Both the position numbers and the translations under genes were made by a program. From a virus (taxonomy: Duplodnaviria > Heunggongvirae > Uroviricota > Caudoviricetes): a stretch of 9,552 nt of DNA. Positions 1-5,834 of the stretch are shown in pieces (within the stretch, counting starts at the first letter, position 1; each line of letters begins with the position of its first letter). Under the pieces are notes generated by a model. That model was given only the letters and a program-made list of their open reading frames with translations, did no database searches and was not told where the DNA came from. The stretch lies in the IMG/VR virus record IMGVR_UViG_3300014922_000029. One strand, given 5' to 3'.

Positions 1-181
1 CATCGCGCTGGCGCACCTGCATATCAGTAATGGTGGCGTTTGCCAGCTCCAGCTCTCTGGCTTTTTTATCGCGCTGCGCTTTGTAGGTGATGGCGTTATC
101 GCGGTAATGGTCTGTTGCCAGCCACAGCGATCCACAACCAAGCAGCAGGGCAATAAGCACGCCATACAGCACACGATTCAT
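1..181 (-). CDS. Rz: Rz i-spanin, N-terminal 60 codons only (3' end runs off the window start)
   Basis: Reverse complement of 1-181 starts with ATG at 181..179 and reads [60 protein letters not shown] with no stop before the window edge. N-terminal transmembrane segment followed by the [15 protein letters not shown] motif matches lambda Rz as I remember it. Absent from the ORF track because it is incomplete. Confidence 0.8.
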   Translation of the reverse strand, partial: MNRVLYGVLIALLLGCGSLWLATDHYRDNAITYKAQRDKKARELELANATITDMQVRQRD

Positions 182-182
182 A

Positions 183-296
183 TCACCACCAACGGATTGC
201 CCAGACCAGAACAGCAATTGCCACAATACGAATGGCAAAAGCTGCCGCTCTTGTTAAATCCAGACTGGCTGGCGTCTCCACTTCAATGCCTTTCAT
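183..296 (-). CDS. Hypothetical 37-aa peptide with C-terminal hydrophobic segment ([37 protein letters not shown]), translationally coupled to Rz
   Basis: ATG at 296..294 preceded by GAGG about 9 nt upstream. Its TGA stop (185..183) is separated by a single nucleotide from the Rz ATG (TGA-T-ATG). Not in the ORF track because it is short. No family recognised. Confidence 0.35.
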   Translation of the reverse strand: MKGIEVETPASLDLTRAAAFAIRIVAIAVLVWAIRWW

Positions 297-394
297 AATG
301 GACAACCTCAGAAAGAATCTTTTATACTTCCTCACAGGGAAAGCACCTCCCTCACCATAATTTCTCCCTTGCCTTACTCAAGGTCAGAAAACAC

Positions 395-428
395 AAAACC
401 CCGCTTGCTGCCAACAAACGGGGTTTTT
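395..428. terminator. Bidirectional intrinsic terminator downstream of the endolysin gene
   Basis: aaaaccccg (395-403) pairs with cggggtttt (419-427) around a 15-nt loop. T-runs follow on both strands (tttttacttttatt on plus, ttttgtgtttt on minus). Confidence 0.5.
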
Positions 429-517
429 ACTTTTATTCACTTAGGTTTTGCCAGTTCACAGGACTTCGTGTTATCCGCCCGCGTTGACCAACGGCATTTT
501 TCAGCAAAATATTCTGC

Positions 518-1057
518 TTATCTGTCGATTCCCCAGCACACCAGCGCGCTCTCCTGGTCACGACGGAATACCTGACCGTAGCAGTTATTTGAGCGAATAC
601 GGCAGTCTCTGCCACCGTCCTTAATCCACCAGCGAATCGCCTCACATGCTCCANNNNNNNNNNNNNNNNNNNNNNNNNNNNNNNNNNNNNNNNNNNNNNN
701 NNNNNNNNNNNNNNNNNNNNNNNNNNNNNNNNNNNNNNNNNNNNNNNNNNNNNNNNNNNNNNNNNTCAGCGGCACTCTGATGTTTTTCTCCACCCACGCC
801 AGCGCTTTATCACGCTCAATGGCGTTAACCCGGTCGCATTTTCCCTTCGACAGCTTCATGCCAGGAATAACAGGCTTACCATCCACCCGGGTGGCTCCAC
901 GGCAGATGGTCCAGATCCCCGCACCATCACGGTATGCCATGGTGTGGTTACCTTCTTTTTCGTCAAGAAACTGGTCGAGGATTTCAGGCGCAGACGCCCC
1001 TGCACCAATCAGCGCCAGAACGGCAGCCGACAGGCCGTATCTGATTTTTGCGTTCAT
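518..1057 (-). CDS. R: Phage endolysin, T4-lysozyme-like muramidase with N-terminal SAR (signal-anchor-release) domain; resembles the Qin prophage lysozyme RrrQ/YdfQ
   Basis: 179-aa ORF with ATG at 1057. N-terminus MNAKIRYGLSAAVLALIGAGASAP is a Gly/Ala-rich weakly hydrophobic SAR-type segment, followed by the lysozyme core (EGNHTMAYRDGAGIWTICRGAT). It lies directly after a pinholin. The ORF spans the N run 654-765 in frame, so the central part is unknown. Confidence 0.8.
   Translation of the reverse strand: MNAKIRYGLSAAVLALIGAGASAPEILDQFLDEKEGNHTMAYRDGAGIWTICRGATRVDGKPVIPGMKLSKGKCDRVNAIERDKALAWVEKNIRVPLXXXXXXXXXXXXXXXXXXXXXXXXXXXXXXXXXXXXXXGACEAIRWWIKDGGRDCRIRSNNCYGQVFRRDQESALVCWGIDR
654..765. 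other. Run of 112 N (assembly gap or masked sequence) inside the endolysin gene
   Basis: Literal n characters in the sequence. Confidence 1.
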
Positions 1058-1120
1058 GGATATTTATCAGGATTTATCGGTTTCTGCCCACGGACAGGTT
1101 TATCTGTTCCGGTCAGTGAA

Positions 1121-1471
1121 TTAAGGTTGTGATTCCGGTGGAGTCTTCAGAGAACCAGTAATTCTTCCCGGTAGATTTCCTTTGTAGGTTATCCATACAT
1201 TCTGCGCCTCTAAAATTACGGGGCGCTTTTCCGGCAACGGTTCGTTCCCTTCACATAACCCGGCAGCAACATCCATGAAAAACTGCTTCGCCTGCTTTTT
1301 CGCCTCAGCTTCGTAAAACTCCAGCGTGGCACCTTCAGTACGGTCAAGACTAATCGCCACATTTGGCAACAACAGTGACGGATACCCACCAATTTCCAGT
1401 GCCACAGTAACAGTAATCTTATCCGGGTAATGATTTATCCCTTTAACAACCAGTTCGTATTTTTTCTTCAT
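1121..1471 (-). CDS. Hypothetical protein between holin and endolysin, YdfR-like (DUF1327 family as I recall)
   Basis: 116-aa ORF with ATG at 1471, GGAGAG Shine-Dalgarno about 8 nt upstream, and start 4 nt after the holin stop (TAA-AGCG-ATG). Its position between the S-like and R-like genes matches the essQ-ydfR-rrrQ order of the K-12 Qin prophage. Family assignment is from memory. Confidence 0.6.
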   Translation of the reverse strand: MKKKYELVVKGINHYPDKITVTVALEIGGYPSLLLPNVAISLDRTEGATLEFYEAEAKKQAKQFFMDVAAGLCEGNEPLPEKRPVILEAQNVWITYKGNLPGRITGSLKTPPESQP

Positions 1472-1475
1472 CGCT

Positions 1476-1691
1476 TTACTCTCCCCGGGCCGCCTTACGC
1501 CGGTCTTCTTTAATTTTGAAATACAGGTTCGTCAGGTACGTCAGCAGACCAAACAGCAGACTCCCCAGCACGCCTATTGCCGCCCACTGAGACGGGGAAA
1601 CCCTGTCCAGCAACTGCAGGAACCAGTAGCCCGTTCCCACCGCTGACGTGGTGTATGACACACCTGTTGTGATTTTTTCCATCTGGTACAT
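1476..1691 (-). CDS. S: Class II holin (S21-like pinholin) with dual-start motif (Met1 and Met4)
   Basis: 71-aa [74 protein letters not shown] with two TM segments and a charged C-terminus, closely resembling phage 21 S21. GGGAGA Shine-Dalgarno 6-7 nt upstream. The two in-frame starts MYQM fit the antiholin/holin arrangement. Confidence 0.85.
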   Translation of the reverse strand: MYQMEKITTGVSYTTSAVGTGYWFLQLLDRVSPSQWAAIGVLGSLLFGLLTYLTNLYFKIKEDRRKAARGE

Positions 1692-1766
1692 ACCCCGTCT
1701 CCCGTACTCGGAAGCTCACAACAACAAAAGGGCCACCAGCTCTTTACTGATGACCCTGACTCACCG

Positions 1767-2057
1767 TTACAGCATTGTGCCCGATTCTGGCTGTGTGTCT
1801 GTCATATCCGTCACCGGTGACTCCGGCTGAATATCACCATTTTCCGTGGTGACATCTTCCGCCTGTGGTTCCGGAAGCAGTTCCGGGGATGGTTCCGGCT
1901 GTGCACCAAGCAATTCATCCAGAATTGAATCCACTTCTGCATCAAGACGCGCCTCAAGGTTCTGCCGAAGTTGCTGTTTCAGTGCGCTCCGGACTTCTTC
2001 AGAGCGCAGGACTTCCTTCACTGCCTCAGCAGTGACCAGCGATTTTATTTCTGACAT
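1767..2057 (-). CDS. Hypothetical acidic protein, 96 aa (helical N-terminus, Pro/Glu/Asp-rich tail)
   Basis: Internal ATG at 2057..2055 of the track ORF 1767..2231; sequence MSEIKSLVTAEAVKEVLRSEEVRSALKQQL...TDMTDTQPESGTML. The longer N-terminal extension would overlap the upstream ORF and reads as low-complexity junk. Shine-Dalgarno is weak (GAGA). Confidence 0.45.
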   Translation of the reverse strand: MSEIKSLVTAEAVKEVLRSEEVRSALKQQLRQNLEARLDAEVDSILDELLGAQPEPSPELLPEPQAEDVTTENGDIQPESPVTDMTDTQPESGTML

Positions 2058-2082
2058 AGGATTTTCTCGTTGAAAGGGGTTA

Positions 2083-2277
2083 TTAAGAAGGTTGTTCCGG
2101 AATGAGTGGGGCTTCTGTTTTTGCTCCGGCTGACTGACTGGCGCTGATTTTCTCTGCGGCCCTTTTATCAATCTGCCTGCGCCAGAAATCGCGCACTGCC
2201 CTGTACCCACCCGAAAGAAGATACAGCACACAGACCGCCGTACAGAAGTACAGCATCACCTGATGAACAAATGTCAT
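2083..2277 (-). CDS. Hypothetical small membrane protein, 64 aa (one N-terminal TM helix, charged tail)
   Basis: ATG at 2277; MTFVHQVMLYFCTAVCVLYLLSGGY hydrophobic segment. Co-directional and closely spaced with the 96-aa ORF (25-nt gap). Confidence 0.4.
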   Translation of the reverse strand: MTFVHQVMLYFCTAVCVLYLLSGGYRAVRDFWRRQIDKRAAEKISASQSAGAKTEAPLIPEQPS

Positions 2278-2374
2278 AGTTTCTTACCGTTATGGTTGAC
2301 AATGAGAACTGTTTTCATTTAAAAAACCGATATACGAAAGCATCTTTTCTTTACATTCTCCATTGGGATTACCT

Positions 2375-2411
2375 CCGCCAGCTTCCGTTCCTGCCGCTGG
2401 CGGCTTTTTTT
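2375..2411 (+). terminator. Plus-strand intrinsic terminator in the intergenic region 3' of nanS-p
   Basis: ccgccagc (2375-2382) pairs with gctggcgg (2396-2403); alternatively a short gccg-ctgg-cggc hairpin. Followed by ttttttt at 2405-2411. On the minus strand the hairpin is preceded, not followed, by the T-run, so it is oriented for plus-strand transcription. Confidence 0.4.
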
Positions 2412-2416
2412 GCCGG

Positions 2417-4405
2417 TTATGATGATGCCCGGCTTTCGTTAACTTTGACTGTGACCGTATCAAGCAGTACAGGATACGTCGCTTTTGCCCCCGTGATATC
2501 TGTCAGCGTCAGCGTATCTGCTGTAAAGCCATCATTTGTCCACATCACAAGGTCAAACGCCGTCTGCTCTGTACCATCAATCACCGGAACGACTCTTTCG
2601 CTGTTATTTCCCGCAAAGCGGAAAACAACCGTATGCCAGTTATGGTCAAACGCACCAAATGTACCCAGTTGTGCATTCGACGTGCCCTTGTGGTGCATAA
2701 GATTCAGATTTGATGCATCCGTCTGAAGGAAGAATGATGCCAGCATACTGTTTGCTGCCGCGCCTGACGCCCACTGCGACACCGGCCAGTAGAGACCAAA
2801 GACAAACTGTCCGTTCACCAGTTCGCTTCCATCCGGAATTTTGAACCGTACGGCAATTTCACCCCCCTTGCTGAGAAGATTTTTTGCCTCCTCCACTGCA
2901 ACAGTACAGAACATTTTCCAGGACGTCAGTTTACCGGGCTGTTTTTCCAGTCGCAGCGCTTTCCGTCCACCGTCATCAGTCACAGTGCCTTTGCCACCGG
3001 CAGCCCCCCACTGCTGCTCTGTCCATACACCATTTCCACTGTTCGCATCATATTCAGCCACCGTCCTGGTACTGCTCACGGCCTCATCATGACCAGTACC
3101 AGCAACACCGCCATCCTGCGGTTTCTCAACACCCGGTACCCCCGGACTGACATCATCACCGGGAGTTGTACCACCCGACTGCGGTGCGCTCTGCCCGGTA
3201 AGGAACGATAATGTCCGCCCGGCGTACTGCAAAATGGCACCTGCCAGGCGGTCTGAAACAATGCCTCTTCGCGCCCATGAACTGAAGTGCGTTTTACGAT
3301 CGGCTGACGTCCAGTTACTGGCAGTGCGTGACGCAGCGCCATAGTATCCCGCCGGGATAATGTCCGGATCTTCTGACGGCTCGTTTGTCGGCACATTCAC
3401 ACCATGCTCATCCGTCATCAACGGCACAAAGTGAATATTCTGCGCAGCTTTGCCTTTATACCCACCGTAAACCGCCTCATACGGCGCTGCATACCTTTCC
3501 TTCCAGTAGTACGTGGTATCACCGCAAATCCACGGGACGCTGGCCGTTGTCCCGCCAGTACACTGCTCTGCCACATCTGCCAGTTCCGTACGGAACTGAT
3601 TTACCATGGCAAGGAAAAGCGCATTGTGTTCTGCATGTCTCCCCGAACTGACATCTTTTTCTCCCTGCATCCAAATCACTGATAACAGCACGTTCTTCGG
3701 ATTTTTCTTCAGGGCCGCACGGGTTCTGCTGACCAGGTCATAATACAGCGGTTTATCCGCCCCCCACAGGGACGAGCCTGCGGTCGCTCCCGACGCTGCG
3801 TTAAACGCCCCCTCGGCCCCCGCAGTAAATCCCGAATCGCCACGGCCACATGGAACAAGAAGGATACCCGCATTCGCAGGCATAAACGGCAGCAGCTTTT
3901 TGGCAACATGCAGAGCATGCCCCACACAACCGTACTGCCCTTTATTAAGGTCCGCTTCAGGATGATTCAGGTTACTCATATCCTGCACATCATGCAGACA
4001 GTGGTCTGCCGGAATGATGTCGTTATATTTACAGGCGGCACCACCCGGCGTCACCGTACTGCGACGCGCCAGCTGTTTAATACGCGGGTCCGGACGGTCA
4101 TATGTCTCCGGCAGCGGCAGCCCTTCCCCAAAAGACATTGAGTTTGACTGCCCCGCCAGAACAACAACAAAGTAATACTCCGGTTCGCTGGTGGTGCTGA
4201 TAACTGTGCCTTCTCCATCCGACGGCTTCACCACCACAGGTGTGGTGACATCACCTTCCGCCGCAATGGCCTGCATCAGGGTATAAGGCGTGATGGCGAC
4301 AGGGCTGCCAAATGGCTGCCACCCCTCCTTCAGTTTTTGTGTCAGTCGCTCCGCAAGGTCTGACGGCGACGCCGCCCTGACCACATCGTAGTGTTTAAAT
4401 GTCAT
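2417..4405 (-). CDS. nanS-p: Prophage-encoded sialate O-acetylesterase of the NanS-p type (N-terminal DUF1737-like region, SGNH/SASA esterase core, C-terminal probable carbohydrate-binding region)
   Basis: 662-aa ORF. N-terminus MTFKHYDVVRAASPSDLAERLTQKLKEGWQPFG and the esterase motif VVLAGQSNSMSFG match the NanS-p family found between stx and the lysis genes in Stx phages. Size and position between the moron locus and the lysis cassette fit. Confidence 0.85.
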   Translation of the reverse strand: MTFKHYDVVRAASPSDLAERLTQKLKEGWQPFGSPVAITPYTLMQAIAAEGDVTTPVVVKPSDGEGTVISTTSEPEYYFVVVLAGQSNSMSFGEGLPLPETYDRPDPRIKQLARRSTVTPGGAACKYNDIIPADHCLHDVQDMSNLNHPEADLNKGQYGCVGHALHVAKKLLPFMPANAGILLVPCGRGDSGFTAGAEGAFNAASGATAGSSLWGADKPLYYDLVSRTRAALKKNPKNVLLSVIWMQGEKDVSSGRHAEHNALFLAMVNQFRTELADVAEQCTGGTTASVPWICGDTTYYWKERYAAPYEAVYGGYKGKAAQNIHFVPLMTDEHGVNVPTNEPSEDPDIIPAGYYGAASRTASNWTSADRKTHFSSWARRGIVSDRLAGAILQYAGRTLSFLTGQSAPQSGGTTPGDDVSPGVPGVEKPQDGGVAGTGHDEAVSSTRTVAEYDANSGNGVWTEQQWGAAGGKGTVTDDGGRKALRLEKQPGKLTSWKMFCTVAVEEAKNLLSKGGEIAVRFKIPDGSELVNGQFVFGLYWPVSQWASGAAANSMLASFFLQTDASNLNLMHHKGTSNAQLGTFGAFDHNWHTVVFRFAGNNSERVVPVIDGTEQTAFDLVMWTNDGFTADTLTLTDITGAKATYPVLLDTVTVKVNESRASS

Positions 4406-4502
4406 GAATCCTCCCGGTCGGGATAATGTTGTGAGTCAGATGAGGGGCGGGCTGAAGTCCGGAAGTTACAGGACAATGGCAGGAGGAAGACTACAGCCCG
4501 CA

Positions 4503-4533
4503 ATACGAAAAAGGCCGCGCAGTTGCGCAGCCT
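4503..4533 (-). terminator. Intrinsic terminator (minus strand) between the lipoprotein moron and nanS-p
   Basis: Minus-strand RNA aggcugcgc-aacu-gcgcggccu forms a 9-bp stem including one U-G pair, followed by uuuuucguauu. Confidence 0.65.
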
Positions 4534-4586
4534 TATGAATTCTGGTTAAAATCCATTCGATTATAAAAATGTATATCTCATGCTGT

Positions 4587-4616
4587 NNNNNNNNNNNNNN
4601 NNNNNNNNNNNNNNNN
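4587..4616. other. Run of 30 N (gap or masked sequence) in the non-coding stretch
   Basis: Literal n characters in the sequence. Confidence 1.
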
Positions 4617-4885
4617 AGAAAGCCCCTCCGGAGAGGGGCTGGAGAGTGGCGCTATGTGCCATTGCATGGTGCCGGGTGCCTCCCGGTGAGTTCAGCCCGG
4701 TGACACTAAACCCGCATATTCTCGCTTACGATCATCAAAGAGATCATACCGTTCACCAGTCGCCCCTCCGCACAGGGGGATTCACCATGCGAAATTTTTT
4801 TAACAAATGCTCAGTCTGACAGGCAACTGTCAACTTACTGAATTGTGAGGAATTTAACACTTCACAGCACAATATCTTTCCAGCG

Positions 4886-4927
4886 CCCCAAAATCATCAG
4901 GACAGGAGAAAATCTTCTCCCCCTGTC
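4886..4927 (-). terminator. Possible terminator hairpin overlapping the lipoprotein stop codon
   Basis: gacaggagaa (4901-4910) pairs with ttctcc(ccc)tgtc (4915-4927) around loop aatc, with a 3-nt bulge. On the minus strand it is followed by an interrupted T-run (cugaugauuuugg). Weak. Confidence 0.3.
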
Positions 4928-5354
4928 AGAGTTTAAAATCCAGCACGCCATTTCTAAATGCTTTATATACTCCTGAAGACGGTGGTGATGGTATATCAGC
5001 ATTCTTTACTGCATTCATCGCTTCACGACATAAATCGGGATCACCGCTTTCTCTTTTAACCTGTAGCAGAAGACCATTCGGGGCCATATACATTCTCAGT
5101 GAACACTCTTTTCCTGAATACTTACTCGCATCCTTTAACTGTTCTTCTATGGCTTTCCTGACCTGAATGGCATACTGCCTGATTTCTTCACTGGCATCAG
5201 GGGTACGTTCCGATGAGCTCAAATTTTGCGACTTTATTAATTTATCTGAGTGATACAGAGAAGCATCATAATTATTTGTCGATACATCTTTTGTGCAGCC
5301 AGTTGTCAGACTGGCTAATATCAAAACAAGAACTGGTACAGCACGGCAATACAT
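4926..5354 (-). CDS. Lipoprotein with a TolA C-terminal (domain III)-like domain; predicted Lol-sorted outer-membrane lipoprotein
   Basis: 142-aa ORF; ATG at 5354 with GGAG Shine-Dalgarno about 9 nt upstream. Signal peptide MYCRAVPVLVLILASLTTGC with lipobox L-T-T-G-C and no Asp at +2. The C-terminal 85 residues (IRQYAIQVRKAIEEQLKDASKYSGKECSLRMYMAPNGLLLQVKRESGDPDLCREAMNAVKNADIPSPPSSGVYKAFRNGVLDFKL) align along their length with E. coli TolA domain III as I recall it (...YAGQIKSAIESKFYDASSYAGKTCTLRIKLAPDGMLLDIKPEGGDPALCQAALAAAKLAKIPKPPSQAVYEVFKNAPLDFKP). The gene and its upstream region are AT-rich relative to neighbours. Confidence 0.75.
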   Translation of the reverse strand: MYCRAVPVLVLILASLTTGCTKDVSTNNYDASLYHSDKLIKSQNLSSSERTPDASEEIRQYAIQVRKAIEEQLKDASKYSGKECSLRMYMAPNGLLLQVKRESGDPDLCREAMNAVKNADIPSPPSSGVYKAFRNGVLDFKL

Positions 5355-5632
5355 TTATCCATCTCCATATTAACAAGAACAATTATCTATAAAATATAGT
5401 AAATATGCGGGATCCGGGAGGACTTGTAACTATCATCTCCGGATCAGCATGTAGTTTTTATTTTTCCGGATGATATATGCCGCAATAATACCCCTGCATA
5501 CAGATGCCTGCAAATATCTACGAAGCATCCGGCGAGAATAAACAAGGAAGTCTGAGGCTATCTTATATGATAGCCTGTTGCTCAAAAGACAATGATTCAC
5601 TCATCAGAACCAACAACGCATAATGCAGATAA

Positions 5633-5709
5633 TGGACCGCCATCGAGGACTCGAACCCCGCGCAGCCAGCTTCGAAGGCTGGCGCTCTATCCCGATGAGC
5701 TAATGGCGG
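5633..5709 (-). tRNA. tRNA-Arg, anticodon UCG (reads CGA/CGG)
   Basis: Reverse complement folds as a cloverleaf by hand: acceptor ccgccat/atggcgg, D stem gctc/gagc, anticodon stem ccagc/gctgg with loop cuUCGaa, T arm cgggg-ttcgagt-cctcg, discriminator U, encoded CCA. Unusual C1:G72 first pair. Confidence 0.8.
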
Positions 5710-5718
5710 TATGTGATA

Positions 5719-5794
5719 TGGTGGCCCTTGCTGGATTTGAACCAGCGACCTGGCGATTATGAGTCGCTCGCTCTCACCACTGAGCTAAAGGGCC
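5719..5794 (-). tRNA. tRNA-Ile2 type (anticodon CAU, lysidine-modified in vivo; formally could be tRNA-Met)
   Basis: Reverse complement ggccctttagctcagtggtgagagcgagcgactCATaatcgccaggtcgctggttcaaatccagcaagggccacca folds as a canonical cloverleaf and is near-identical in layout to E. coli ileX-type tRNA as I remember it; encoded CCA. Stx-type phages carry an ileZ-arg tRNA cluster at this position. Confidence 0.85.
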
Positions 5795-5834
5795 GGGCAT
5801 AGGATAATAACGGTACGTAACTAATTCTGCAATA

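Noticed and set aside
1-181. Embedded Rz1 o-spanin gene within Rz
   Set aside because: Only the first 60 codons of Rz are in the window; Rz1 normally lies further 3', outside it.
369-645. ORFs 369-575 (+) and 433-645 (-)
   Set aside because: They span the terminator and the endolysin 3' end, with no coding signals.
780-1124. Plus-strand ORFs (780-1124 and 944-1132) overlapping the endolysin
   Set aside because: Antisense shadows of a well-supported minus-strand gene; no translation signals and no recognisable domains.
1510-1719. 69-aa minus-strand ORF overlapping the holin in another frame
   Set aside because: Alternative frame of the holin gene with no hydrophobic pattern or Shine-Dalgarno.
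1767-2231. Full 154-aa version of the ORF upstream of the holin
   Set aside because: The N-terminal 58 residues overlap the neighbouring 64-aa ORF and read as junk; the internal ATG at 2057 gives a compact gene with a 25-nt spacer.
2292-2726. Plus-strand ORF of 144 aa
   Set aside because: Lies antisense to the nanS-p 3' end and the intergenic terminator; low-complexity translation and no Shine-Dalgarno. Treated as a shadow ORF.
2841-4141. Several 70-106 aa ORFs on both strands inside nanS-p
   Set aside because: All overlap the 662-aa nanS-p frame, which has recognisable motifs; their translations are Pro/His/Arg-rich nonsense.
4580-4819. Plus-strand ORF spanning the 30-nt N run
   Set aside because: Reading frame depends on unknown bases and the region otherwise looks non-coding (hairpins, repeats).
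4406-5632. Shiga toxin genes stxA/stxB at their expected position
   Set aside because: No reading frame of the right size or with StxA/StxB-like sequence; the locus holds the lipoprotein gene instead.
5540-5632. A third tRNA, as in the ileZ-argN-argO cluster
   Set aside because: No cloverleaf or T-loop motif could be folded; only an inverted repeat is present.
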